A stretch of DNA of 64,000 nucleotides from Callorhinchus milii (lineage: Eukaryota), in assembly GCF_018977255.1 (NCBI RefSeq), contig NW_024704743.1:15192001-15256000 (forward strand), read 5' to 3'. Each line of letters opens with the position of its first letter. The stretch's first letter is position 1. The notes beneath the pieces were generated by a model. That model was not told the DNA's origin. It worked only from the letters and a program-made list of their open reading frames with translations, and searched no databases. Positions 13,256-25,802 of this stretch are shown here, one piece after another. The position numbers and the translations under genes were made by a program.

Positions 13256-13751
13256 AAAAGACCTTAGTAAGAGTAACTTCTTATTTCTTTCTTACCTCCG
13301 CACATAAAGTGGCCCAGTTAGTAGCATTTTCACCTATTAGTCAGAAGTTTGTGGTTTCAAGCGCCACGTTGGGACTTTGAGCTCATAACCTAAGCACTCC
13401 AGTGAGGGGGTAAAGAGTGGTGGGGTGAGGATGCTGTGTTGCATTGAGTGCTGGGTGGAGGGCTAGAGTGAGTGACAATATTTGATCTGTGGACCGTGTA
13501 CTCAATACGCCAAAAAGGCATTTTCTTGACAATGATTTCTCACAATATGTAAAGTCTCACTCCAAAAGTTATTGAATAAAATCAAGAATATCTTTCAATC
13601 GGGAGACTTTTTTTCAGTTTTCTTTGTCAATATGTGTACAGTATTTCTTATTTTTTTCCCATCCAATAAAAAATACATTGTCTCCATATTGCTGTACTTT
13701 AATCTTGACTGAGATTGGTGTTAATCCTTAAATCATTTTTCTTTTGCACAG

Positions 13752-13822
13752 CATACTCATGTCCCAAGATTGATCCCCCTAATAACTAGTAATTGTACTT
13801 CAAAATCAGTGGCTGTGAGAAG
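13752..13822 (+). CDS. CLASP2: CLASP2 exon: HTHVPRLIPLITSNCTSKSVAVR(R)
   Basis: gcacag|...AG|gtaagg, 71 nt, phase 0->2. Confidence 0.97.
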
Positions 13823-14429
13823 GTAAGGAGGCATTGTGTCATTTCCTTCTATTGAGATTTGTAAGAAAACTTGTAAACTCTTGTGGATTATGCAGTAGAT
13901 GAAAAATTTAAAGCAGCTATTTTTGTAAGATTGCATCTCAGCCATTTGTTTAGTTTCTTTCTGTTGCATGCTTTGTCAGCAAATTCATAACACTCCATAG
14001 CAGACATGCAGTGTAAACAGAGACTCAGGTAGCGTGAATTGTGCTGAAACCCCATTCTTGACACCACCTGGATGATGTGGATTGAGTCGTCTAAATCAAC
14101 TACCCACTTCACATAACGATATTATGGAAATGAAGCACTTTCACTCAGCTGGAAAACCGCAGCATCAATTTCATGATTTTTGCCAAATCCACTTTGATTG
14201 ACCTTGTCAGTCTTAAGAAGTCCTGGTCAGATGTAGAAGAGTCAAATGTATTGTAAAGGTCAGCCTACTTTGTCTTAACCACAACTTCATAAGAGAGCCT
14301 TCTAGTGCACAACTGTAATTTGTTTTCACTGCTCGCACCAGTGATTGCATTTCTGGTTAAAGTTACCAATTTGTACTGAATCGTGATAGCTTTGTGCTGA
14401 AAAGCATATTGTGCTCTGTGACCTTCTTA

Positions 14430-14720
14430 AACCCTATCAAACCTACCCCTCCGCTTAACAAGCAAGCTTCACGTCCCCTGCCTCACTGCCATAGGCGATT
14501 GAGCTTGCAACCAAACTGCCCCACTCTCTTGAACTCTATCCTGGGAGTCCCTTCACGTTGCCCCTTCCCTCGCCTCCTACAGATCCGTCTCAAGACCTTC
14601 CTCTTTGACCGCGCCCTGCTCATCTTCCCCTACTGAATCCAACCCTCAGGTTGGGTACAAACCCTCGACTGTCCGGCATCTTGTGATTTGTCCTGATGTA
14701 TAAATGCAATTGTTGTCTAG
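14430..14720 (+). mobile_element. L2 3' fragment
   Basis: LKTFLFDRA, 3' UTR and tataaatgcaattgttgt tail. Confidence 0.75.
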
Positions 14721-15190
14721 CTAGAACTGCCCCTCTACCCCTCCAATTTCCACTGATGAACCAGACTGACTGGTCTGTCATAAACTTGTCCCTGGATTAC
14801 TACAGACCTGCTTCACTCAGGAACTTGACTACCAAGATTGACTTGATTCCAACATTCAGTTGGCAAGCTTGTCACCTTGGAGCCTCCCGCCCCTGAGGAT
14901 AATATTTTTGCATGAATGAAGAAGAACTCACAACTAACAAAATTTAGGTGAAATAGAAAGGCATTTGAGAGCTTAGGACATGATGTCCTAGTTTAGTGTA
15001 GAAAACGCTTTGAAATCTGATGTTGAATATGTGTGCATGTAGTGACTGACAATAAAAGTGGGTTAAATGTTCTTTCTGAAAATCTCTTTTTCCCATAAGT
15101 GGGATTTCATCAATAAAACATCAACCTATTCTTTAATAATTTAAAATTTCAAGCAAAGATTTGAGACTAACTTTTATGTTTCTATTTTAG

Positions 15191-15250
15191 ACGCTGTTAT
15201 GAATTTTTAGATTTGTTACTCCAAGAATGGCAAACACATTCATTAGAAAG
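15191..15250 (+). CDS. CLASP2: CLASP2 exon: RCYEFLDLLLQEWQTHSLE(R)
   Basis: ttttag|...AG|gtaaca, 60 nt, phase 2-2. Confidence 0.97.
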
Positions 15251-15348
15251 GTAACAATGTCTTTGCATTAAACTAACTGTGGTTACACTTCAAAAAAAAG
15301 ACTTGGACAGATGTCTCTATCTGCTTTCTGTTCAAAAAGCAGAAGTTT

Positions 15349-15642
15349 GGAGTCTTGTAGCTCAGTGGTTAGAGCACTCGCCTTGCAAGCGAGACACCTG
15401 GGTTCAATTCCTAAGTTCTGTTCAATTCCACACGCCTAATAATAATCCCTCCAAAAACAAAACAATAATAAATTGGTCATTTTCAATCCACGACTGTTTG
15501 TGGGACACTGCTGTGCGCAATTGGCTGCCGCATTTCGCCCACAAATATACAGTCAATTCACTTTACAGTCCATTCTGTGAAGTGCTTTGAGACGTCGAGA
15601 AGACGTGAAAAGCGCTATATCAAATGCAAGGATTATTATTAT
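15349..15642 (+). mobile_element. Near full-length tRNA-headed SINE (short subfamily)
   Basis: A box tagctcagtgg, B box ggttcaattcc, Deu-like body, L2-type tail, (ATT)n. Confidence 0.9.
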
Positions 15643-16682
15643 AAAATGCTGTGCATGAAAATATCATAAATGATAGTGCAATACAATCATTATTTAAATA
15701 GTCTCAATTATTTTAATCGATGGGATCCCAGTTGATGGAGAGGAACTATGTATATTCATATAGTTTGAATTGCTTTAATTGAACATCTGCTTTCAGAGAA
15801 CCCTGATACTGTAGTCGATCAACTCCAGAAAACCACTGCATTGACAAGAATGTAGTAATTTTTTTCACAGTGTTGCAAAATGGGGAATTTGAGAGCATTT
15901 TTATACTTTCAACGCTCCCCACCTCACCCCCGCATCCTCAAAAAAAATCTTTATAGATATGAAACCATTCAAAGTCTGTGATGATCTAACAAAACAATTC
16001 AAATTCTGATTGTAAACTCCATGACAATTTTTTATCAAAGACTACTTGGTTTTGACCAAGACCACTTTCCTCCATCTTTGCAACATTGACAGCCTCCGCC
16101 ACCTCACCCCCAACATAGCTGAAACCCTAATCGACATTTTCATCACCTCCAGACTTGACTTTTACGCGTTCTGAGACACTACCCTATAAGTGAAAGTTGT
16201 TGTTGCTGACTTTGCCAATGCACAGCTGCGCAGCTCCACACTCTCGCACTCTGCTCTCGAGCCCAGCCAAACGCAGCTCCACAACTCTCTATTCCCAATT
16301 GGATTGACTTCAATATCCTCATTGTTACTTTGTATGGTCTCCGTAACCTTGTCCCTCGCCCTCTATCTATGATCTTGTGCGTCCCTAGTACACTTTTTTG
16401 CACTGTTTAACTACTCTTGTCAATTCTACCCTGCTTCATACCCTCCACTTGCCATCCAGTTTCATTCTCTGCACCTAAGCTGAGCACAAATCTTTGCCAA
16501 CACAACCAGGATGAATTACTTATCAGATAGGGAACAAATCCCTTTGATGTGCAATTCTTTGCTAAACTATTGTGTCCCAGTGTACATATTTGTGTATAGC
16601 AAATAAGTGTATTTATTTACATTATTGTTTTGTGTTAAGGTATCAACACAACTGACTATTTAAGTTCTCTGTTTTTGTTTAG

Positions 16683-16760
16683 ACATGTTGCTGTTCTGGT
16701 TGACACCGTCAAGAAGGGCATTTCTGATGCTGATTCAGAAGCAAGAATAGAAGCAAGAAA
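16683..16760 (+). CDS. CLASP2: CLASP2 exon: HVAVLVDTVKKGISDADSEARIEAR(K)
   Basis: gtttag|...AA|gtatgg, 78 nt, phase 2-2. Confidence 0.97.
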
Positions 16761-16799
16761 GTATGGAACTGCTACACAGCTAAATTAATAATGGATATA

Positions 16800-16937
16800 C
16801 TACTTGAAAAGAAAAAAAACTCCAAGGCTATGGAGAAACAGTGGTGGAGTGGGACTAATTCGATAGCTCTTTCAAAGTGCTGGCACAGGCACGATAGACC
16901 AAATGGCCTCCAGTACTGTGGGATTCTGTGATTCTAT
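16800..16937 (+). mobile_element. CR1 3' end fragment
   Basis: ccaaggctatggagaaa...gagtgggactaa...aaatggcctcc...attctgtgattctat; matches reverse complement of 9733-9860. Confidence 0.75.
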
Positions 16938-17984
16938 AACTTAACTATAAGCTGCAGCAGACCTGTGATAATCATTGAGTCTTCAAGTGGGTAAAATGTT
17001 GCAGTTTGTAGATGTATAATGCAATTTCAAGATCAAAATGCAAAATTAGAACTGTAATTATAATCTTACTGGTTTAAGACAGAACTATCATAAATATTTT
17101 GGTCGAGTAGTTGGAGGAAGATGAAGTAAAATGGCACTCCTTTAAACGTCAGTTTAATCCTCGCAATTTGACCACCTAACTCCACAAATGTGACCAATAC
17201 TTTAGCACTCCCACTTATGCAAAATTTCCATGTTATAATTCTCCAAAACTGCATTTAATAGTCATTTGATTTAATTTGTGCTATTTAATTAATACAAAAT
17301 TGGAAATATTTCACATTTAATTTATCTGATCTTAAATAGCACTGAACTAGTGACCCTGTGAAGTAAAGATGGACTGTTAGAGGAATCATTGAGTGGAAAA
17401 AGGCTGATGCTACATTTATACTATTGATAGTGAAGCATTATTGATCCGAGCAATAGAATGGCAATGAGAGAAAGGCCAGATTTATATTTCCTGCTCCATA
17501 TCACATACAGACCACTAAAAAATGACACTCAGTTTCAGATTTCTAGATATGCATATGAATTGTTAATAACACTAAGAAGCAGTCTATTAAATAATTAATT
17601 TTGCCCACAAAATACACAGTCAATCTACTTTATAATATATTCTGTGAAGTGGTTTGAGATGTCTCAACGACATGATAAGGCACTATATGAAATGCAAAGA
17701 TTAATATTAATGAAAGCTCTTGGACAGTTCTACAGATTGACAAACAGCCTTCAACAAATCATTGTGGAGCAAGTGCAGGTCTATTTGAATTTGCCTTATT
17801 TGTGCAGCAGTGGGTGTGAATTACACTACTCCTGAAATTACCTCTTTCAAATGGTGGCAAAAGCCAGTGTAATTTGTATTTCCTCAATCTGTTTATTCTA
17901 CATGTTTAGTAATGAATTGCCACCAAATGCACATTATAAAGAGTATTGAAAAGTTTAAGAACATAATTGATTCTTTTACAAAAC

Positions 17985-18255
17985 TTAGGCAAGTTTCCTA
18001 ACTCCACACATCTCTGTTTACCTAGCAGTAAATAGAAACTCAATTGTTAGTCAATTGGCGGATCGCTTTCCAGGTGCAGTAATCCCTCTCCTCCCCCCAA
18101 AAATGTGGTCACTCAATCCACAACTGTTTGTGGGACACTGCTGTGCACAATTCGCCCACAAAATACAGTCAATCCACATTACAGTATATTCTGTGAAGCG
18201 CTTTGAAACGTCACAATTATTTGATAAGGCACTATATCAAATGCAAGTATTATTT
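17985..18255 (+). mobile_element. Composite SINE, 5'-truncated
   Basis: Same body and tail as 1888-2167. Confidence 0.85.
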
Positions 18256-18423
18256 TACAATTTAATATTTATTGTGTAATGCACACAATTTTTTGTTGCC
18301 ATTGTATCTATTATTTGTTAGATGATACAATTAATACAATACCACAATGCTTTCAGATGAACCAGTTATTTGTCTTTTTAACCTCAAGTACCAAAATGTT
18401 TAATCTGTCATTTTTCTGAACAG

Positions 18424-18591
18424 AACTTATTGGAGCCTTAGAAACCACTTTCCTGGAGAAGCCGATGCATTGTATAACTCTCTGGAGCCTTCTTATCAAA
18501 AAGGATTTCAGACCCATCTGAAGAGCTCCACCAGTGCTGCATCTCTTCCTCAGTCCGATCGTTCTTCTTCCAGCTCTCAGGAGAGCCTCAA
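18424..18591 (+). CDS. CLASP2: CLASP2 exon, end of TOG2: TYWSLRNHFPGEADALYNSLEPSYQKGFQTHLKSSTSAASLPQSDRSSSSSQESL(N)
   Basis: aacag|...AA|gtatga, 168 nt; SLPQSDRSSSSSQESLN is a conserved CLASP motif. Confidence 0.97.
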
Positions 18592-18769
18592 GTATGAATA
18601 TATTTTCATTATTTGTGAACAACATGCTATTTATATTTAAATCACTATTTTGACTGTTCAAATAGCCCAGGAATCAAATGTGTCTTTTAAAAAAAAGTTC
18701 TTGTCAGATCATATTTTTTTCGTTATAGTTTGTGTGACAATTAAAATAAAAAAATAACAATTTAGTTAC

Positions 18770-18952
18770 TTAATCCACAACTGTTTGTGGGACACTGCTG
18801 TGTGCAATTGGCTGCTGCGTTTCGCCCACAAAATATATATATAGATATATAATATATAGTCAATTCACTTTATAGCATATTCTGTGAGATGTCTCAATGA
18901 AGAGATAAGGCGATATGAAGAAATATCAAATGCAAGGATTATTATTATTATT
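18770..18952 (+). mobile_element. SINE 3' half
   Basis: ctgtttgtgggacactgctgtgtgcaattggctgc...aatgcaaggatt(att)n. Confidence 0.85.
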
Positions 18953-19664
18953 TTTAGCTGTCAGTGTCTTCATGCTATCTGGGAAAGCATGTGGTGTATT
19001 TGCAATGCTCACATTTGAAATGTTAGCCCTAGCAAAAGTGTAAAAGTGAAAATGTTTTTTTCAAATGGCTTATTTGGCTAGTTGTTATTTATTTATTATA
19101 TTTTTACTAATTAATTCTTCTGTGCATACGTGCGAAACAAGATAGGCAGAAGTCTACTGATCTGGAAGTTGTTTTACCCCAAGAGTCATCTTGTAGACCA
19201 GCTGTGCAGATGCACAGTGAATATAATCCACACTGCAGCCGCTTTATAATGCAATTCTTTAAAGCATATATTCAGTTATAATGATGCTGCACTGTATTGT
19301 GGAAAAAAATTAAGGATCGAACTTTCTTGGTGCCTTGACCAATTTTTCTTTCCCATCACCAAAATGTGGTCATTTATATTATTGGGACGTTGTTGTGAGC
19401 AAATTGGGTGTCACATTCACTTGCGAATGCACTGACACTACACTTGACAGTAAAATCCTGTGAAGCTCTTTAAGATATTTTGACATCATGATAAGGCACT
19501 ATATCAAATGCAAGGATTATTATTGATATTGGTGTTCGTGGTTTCAGTCCAGATGTTAAATTTGCCAACAAAGTAATAATAATTTTGCAGGGTCAGGGTA
19601 CATTTTTAAAAGTACTGTAGAATATGATTGGCAACTTGAATGACTTACATCGTTCTTTTTCCAG

Positions 19665-19723
19665 CCGCTCCTTTCCTCCCAAATGGTCAATCGCAAACCC
19701 TCCTGGAGGAGGTGCCTCAAGAG
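19665..19723 (+). CDS. CLASP2: CLASP2 exon: RSFPPKWSIANPPGGGASR
   Basis: ttccag|...G|gtgagt, 59 nt, phase 2->1; KWSxANP resembles CLASP2 rather than CLASP1. Confidence 0.92.
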
Positions 19724-20312
19724 GTGAGTTTTCTATTTGAAAAATGTAAACATTTATGAATGCAAATTTCATTCTGTTAAGATATTGCATGAGAGGGAGG
19801 GAGGTTGGGAAGGGTATGGATATGGATGAGGGAAAAGGGATTTACCTTTCGGAAGGGGGCCTTGTGGCGATGGAGCTGTCGGGGTGGCTGCTCTCGGACA
19901 ACCATCGATGATTTCTGCAATGGGCCTGCAGAGGATGCCCATGCTGGAGCAGTGGGAGGCAGGAGGAGAGAGAGAAGGCGAGGAGGGTGGTAGGAGAGAA
20001 GAACTGAATGCAAGTAGCAAAGGGTGGGAGGTAGAAGCTGGTGCATTTTGGAAGCGGGCTGCCAAGACTAGAAACAGCGATCAGTGGACCATAGTCATGT
20101 AGGCATGGAGGAGGCTAGAGGAAACAGCACAGAGGGGACTCGTAATTATATTTATTAGGTTAGACAAGAACCCAGAATTAGCTGTTAAACCTACTCTGGT
20201 CTGTCATTGTATTGGTGAATATCTGGGTAATTGTATTAGATCAACTTTTTTTGTCTTTTGTTGAGCCTTATCTGCTCAGCTTCAAAATCTTTATTTTATT
20301 CTTTCATTTCAG

Positions 20313-20477
20313 GAGCAAGTGCTAAAACTGCAGCCCCTACAGGGGGGTTGCAGCGTTCTCGAAGTGACATAGATGTTAATGCTGCTGCATCTGCAAAATC
20401 GCGGCATGGGACTGGACAGTCTGGAACAAGACGTTTAATTGCAGCAAATCTCCCTCAAGGATCGTATGCTTCACTAG
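20313..20477 (+). CDS. CLASP2: CLASP2 exon: (G)ASAKTAAPTGGLQRSRSDIDVNAAASAKSRHGTGQSGTRRLIAANLPQGSYASL
   Basis: tttcag|...G|gtagga, 165 nt, phase 1-1; LQRSRSDIDVNAAA motif. Confidence 0.96.
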
Positions 20478-23155
20478 GTAGGATTGATTAGTTCAGTCCA
20501 AGATTTTCAATAGCTATTTTCTTGCTCTAATTTTCAGTCATAATGGGAGATCAATCATCTCTTTCACAAAGAAAATATTGCAATGTTCTGAGGAGGAATT
20601 ATCTATTTGAGTGTTTTTATATAGTGCTGCCTTTTTATAACCTGCTTCACCATAGTGTGAATTCACTTATAACGCAGATGTACTGTGAACCCTGTGCACT
20701 GCACATGCGCACAGTTGGCCTGTTCGCACTCAATTAGCTAACTTCCATGTCATTAGGTCACGTCCAACATCATTTGCTGTGTTCCTCTGCGTGTAAAAAG
20801 CAGAAAGTGATGTTGATGGGATCAAATGACCCAGAAATCAACCATTTTAGCTTCCCTCACAATGAAGCTGACTTCCAATCCATCAGGTCACAGGAAAGAG
20901 GAAAGTGACGTCAGCAGTTTCCCCCATGAATCGGAAGTCAACCCTTTTTTTTCCTGTAGCATGGGAACCGTCTGGTATGCAGGAAATGAAAATACGTGTG
21001 TTGTAAAACTTATTGAACCTCACGATAACACAGGGTAGGATTTTATGGATCCCAAATACTGCATTATCACAAAGCTGCACTGTATCAGCAAAATCATAAC
21101 CAAATTTAAGTAATATGAAACATTTGAGGGAAGCTATTGTGTGTATGTATATTATATATCTATGTATTTGTGACAATTTGTAATGTCACATTGGTAGCGC
21201 CAGAATGCTTGAAAACAATATGGTGAGTTGTGAAGCCAACGAGCTACTTACAGAAAGTTTAAAGAATGCTTATCTTTTTGACTTTGTCTCATCTTCCTTG
21301 TATAGCCCTTTATAATGTTATATGCTGACTTTTGCCTTCTGACCTCCATCTGACTCAGTTACATTTGTACTTCAACTCAAGGAGAAAATGCTTTGAACAA
21401 TACAGTCTATTTTATTATCATGAGGATTCTATAATTTGCATTTGATATAGCAAATACCAGGAGATGAGCGCTCAATTCAACTGGAGGATTATTGGCTGGG
21501 AAACCTCCTTTCTCTTTGAATTGTGTCATTGGTTCTTTAACGGCAACTGAACAGGCAATCAAGACTGGTTTAGCATCTCATCCGAAGGACAGCACCTCCA
21601 AAAATTCTGTGGTATTCAAATATTTAACTGGTATATTGTCTAATAATTACACCGTCACTGCAATTTACAGTGTATCCTTTAAAGAGCTTTGAGATGACCT
21701 TCCAATGTATAAGGTGCTATGTCAAATTGAAGGATTATTATTCTAACATAAACCAGGGATGGCCAACTTGCAGGCCACATTACGCGTATAGAAAATAGAA
21801 TGATCAATAGCGCTTTGGAGAACACTGCAGCTCCCTACAATAGTGTGATGAGTTCAGTTACTGAGTGGGCTGTGAGTTCAAACCTGTTAGCTGCCATGCC
21901 ATTGTATCTTATTGCTCCAACATGATGTGCTGCCCCACTTGTAGGTTTGTCATACTGATAGCCATTCTTCCTCCCCAGTAGTCGACTTGCACACTGACAT
22001 TTTTTAAGGACTTAATGAAATATAATGAATCAGGCCAGTAAAGCCTGCGTATGAAGCCTTTATTAATAACAATTATAGAAAATGGGTAAGGTATTTTATA
22101 ATTTCTTCACTTTCCCTCTAGATCTCCCCCAGTTACACACCACATCCAAACAAAGGATGCTGGGAGGCATCGCTTTCCCAGGCTTTTTGAATGGCCTGGT
22201 GGAAGGTATTCAAGAGCAGCTGTGAATCTCCCTCTCCCTCCCTTAAAGCGCCTTGGGACCTCCTCCCAACTTTAAAGGGCTTTGCAAATGTAATTTGTTG
22301 TTGTGGAGGTGAGACAATTAACCTGTGCTCTGCCGAGATCGTTCCTCAGCATCTGGAAATCACTGGTGTTAACCATTCTATGCACTGAGACCCCAGCACC
22401 TTGGGACATTCCCCCAACATGATAAATATATTATTGCAATTTGTTGTTGTTGTTGAAACACATACTGACTGATGTCAGTGTTAAGATTCAGAGTGAAATA
22501 ATAATTAATGATGGAATACAATGCTGAAAACTGATTCAAAAAAAGAAAAAGGCACAAAAATAATCAAAACAGTGGATTTATCTATCAGGTAAATGCTTAA
22601 CCCGATGCATGCTTAAGTGAATGTGAGTGCATGATCGATATCCTCATTCACTGGTCAGTTGTGCTATTTGCTACCAGTCTTGGTTTGTAGCCCTTGGCTT
22701 GAATTTTCACATTGAAAGCTATGTCATAAACTTAAGAAACTAGGATGAAAGTAACAAATTGTAGAAATATATATGTGTGTGTATTGGTAAAGGCACACTC
22801 AGTACTAAGCTTTGGGAAGTACTTTGAACAAAAGGTACTCCTCCTTGGCCTTCCTTCCCCTTGAAATATTCCAGTTCCCACTGAGGTTGGCAAGCTACGA
22901 TAGGTGAATGAGGACTTATGCCATACTGTCATTTAATTGTGATTCAGATAATACACATTCTTGAAAATAGGATATACAGCATTTTACTTAACATTTTTCT
23001 TTTTGATTAAATGTTGTGCATTGTATCCTATCCTATTATTTCCAAAACAGTGTAATTTTGATCATTGTGGTGTAATTCATATCACCTGGTGGTATTGTGC
23101 ATTTGAAATTTAACACACTAATTCTTTCCTGTTCTTTGCCTGCTTTATTGCAAAG

Positions 23156-23179
23156 ATGATGCATCTGACAAGGCTGATG
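23156..23179 (+). CDS. CLASP2: CLASP2 24-nt microexon: DDASDKAD
   Basis: branch-like actaat, pyrimidine tract, caaag|ATGATGCATCTGACAAGGCTGATG|gtaaga; phase 1-1; resembles human CLASP2 EDTSDKLD. Confidence 0.88.
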
Positions 23180-24983
23180 GTAAGAAAATTGCTTCTCTGT
23201 CTTTCAATAACCTGTTCTTAAATCTGAACTAATAACTTTTCATACATTTGTTGGTCCACGCTTTAGATATGACATTTAATGACTACATAAGTTTCTTAAT
23301 CGGATTGTCAAGAAAAAGTAAAATCAACTGCGTTTCCAATGGGATATTTTGAGGAAAGTGTGAAGAAACAAACACTGTTCTCATTAAGTAGATGTTCCCA
23401 TTAAGAGACAAATGTCCTAGTGTACTACATTTGTCATGTGTCAAGTTTAAAATTAGCTATAATTTTGGAATTATTTCTAGCAAGCTTCTAATCACCTCAA
23501 ATATTTAACCAAGTTCATGTTTAATTTTCAGATAATCAATTGTAGAATTTAAAAAAAAACTTTTCAAATGCATCCATAATTCCATAAGCATTCACCAATA
23601 ACTTCACAATTAAACTGCTGCCATAATTTATTATGTCTACTGTCATAGAATTTCTTCCAATTTAGTTGCACGTCTGAAATGGTAAGTTGTTTTAGAGGAT
23701 TATTGCATTCCAATATAAAAGGTGTGCAGTGTTTTATGCAATTAATCTAGTGCTAACATGAATTTTACATTCTTTTAGAGGATAAAATTCTATAAACAAC
23801 TTTGGCAATTGTTAATTTAAATGATTTGAAATTTTTAATAGGCCATCTATTCGTAGGGTACTTTTAACTTTAATAATCTTATCAGATGCCCTTATAATCT
23901 CAATAATCAAAATAAATGGTACTGTATTCTTGATAAACAATTAACTTAATTTTTAGTTGTCTTCCATATAACTGTGGGTATAGCTACGAATCAACAGTAG
24001 CAGTAATGCACCTTCTCCTTTTAAGAATTTGCTTCGAAACATCCATGAGCAATGTCAGAATATTGGATTAAGATTTGGCATTGGTTGTAACAAAGCCATT
24101 TCATGCTTGGAATTGTGCAAGGGTTTGTTTGCCTAAATTTACATCAACTTGCACATAACTGAATTCACATCTAAGTTTTCTAAAGCCTAGCCAGAAAGCA
24201 AAGAGAGAAGATGACATTTGAAGAATGATGATGAGTTAGCCACTACCCATTGTTTCATGCAATTTAATTTGTATTTATGCTAGTGGAGTGAAGTTGGCCA
24301 AATCATTATTAGCATCGTCCATCTGCTAAATAATCTACAAAATACATATCTTTCTGTTTCACATTGTTTCAGATAATTTGTTTAATATAATATTGATTCT
24401 GCTCAAGGTAAATTAGCTCTGGTCTGATCCATATTGGCGTACAGTTGAATGTCTTGCTTCTAATACCAACAGTGACTATTCTTCATAAATGAAATATGTT
24501 CATTTAGGTAGTATGTGTTGATGCAGTGGAGTCTTTCACATACCTATGGGTGCAGGAGCAATGGAACATTGTTGACAGTCATTTTGAAGCATGTCACTAC
24601 AAGAGTGACGATAGATGGAGAAGATAAGATGTTCTGATTAATGACGTTGTTCATGTGCAGTTCCATGAGCCGACAGGTGCTGTGGATTTTGCTGCATAGC
24701 TTTGAGTGTTTCTAAATTATTGAAAGCAATTATAATTATTTTCTTTGTTTCCATGAGGAAATAATTTGTAATGTAGGTTCTTTTGGCCTAAAAACTGATA
24801 GGACCTTGAAACGATCTACTTGCAAGCTTAACCCTTCTATCAGTATTACTGCTTGATAGATAATCTGAGCAATTTTAAATTATTGTTTCTTTATTTAATC
24901 TGATTGAATTAGAATTAATTTAGAATTAGGATTAATTTTTAATTAGAATACAGTAATTTCTTAAACTAATGGATTTATTCAAG

Positions 24984-25425
24984 AACAATAGCAACAACAA
25001 CAAAATTACATTTGTACAGCGCCTTTCACGTCGGGAGGACATCCCAAGGCGCTGTTCAGACAGAGTTTTGGATCTGAGCTGGGGTTCGGGGTCGGGGAGG
25101 GTGGAGGGCAGGGGGGGAAGCAGGGAGATCGAAAGCACAGTCGAAGAGGAGGTTCTTGAGATGGGTCTTGAAGATGGCAAGGAAGGGGGCGAGGCAGAGG
25201 GACTGTGGGTTGGAGTTCCAGAGCGTGGGGCAGAGTGGCAGAAGGCCCCCCCGCCATTAGTGGGGCGAGCGAGGTCAGAGATGTGAAGCAGGCCAGAGCC
25301 CACTGAGCGGAGGGAGCGAGCAGATGGTAGGGGGTTAGGAGGTCGCAGAGCTAGGGGGAGGAAGACCATGAAGGGCTTTGAAGGTAAGGAACAGGATCTT
25401 GAACTGCATCTTCTGTGTAATGGGA
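24984..25425 (-). mobile_element. L2 3' fragment
   Basis: (CAA)n tail, 3' UTR, ARSLRSVGSGLLHI...RPTNGG on minus strand. Confidence 0.9.
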
Positions 25426-25700
25426 TTCAAAACATTAACACTGAAGGCAAAAGAACATGGAATATATATACATTTTTAGGTGCAGTATTATGAGTAAGAT
25501 TTGTTGAGGTGGAAACTTGGAATACAAAAAAAATATTCAAATGGCATTCAAATTCAAATATACTAATGGAAGGGATGTAACTTTGTTCAAAATGTTTGCT
25601 GATTTGTATGGGCACCGAGAAATAACTAGTGAGTGGAGCTGCTTATCAAGTCTGTCAGCAGCTACCTTTTGCTAACGTCTGGAAATCTTATTCCTACTAG

Positions 25701-25802
25701 GCCGCATTCGTAGTAGACAAGTGCTCTCAGGCGCTGCTGCTGGTGGTGATACAACTGATTCCAGAGGACGAAGTCGTACAAAAATGGTGTCTCAGTCCCA
25801 AC
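25701..25802 (+). CDS. CLASP2: CLASP2 exon: GRIRSRQVLSGAAAGGDTTDSRGRSRTKMVSQSQ
   Basis: tactag|...C|gtatgt, 102 nt, phase 1-1; DSRGRSRTKMVSQSQ matches CLASP2. Confidence 0.96.

Noticed and set aside
15349..15415. tRNA gene
   Set aside because: A/B boxes and an anticodon-like arm are present, but it runs into the SINE body and lacks a proper acceptor stem; a SINE head (same for 54660 and ~60060-60132).
19769..20145. Overlapping ORFs in a purine-rich intronic block
   Set aside because: Low-complexity translations with no recognisable domain or splice context; probably an old repeat I cannot classify.
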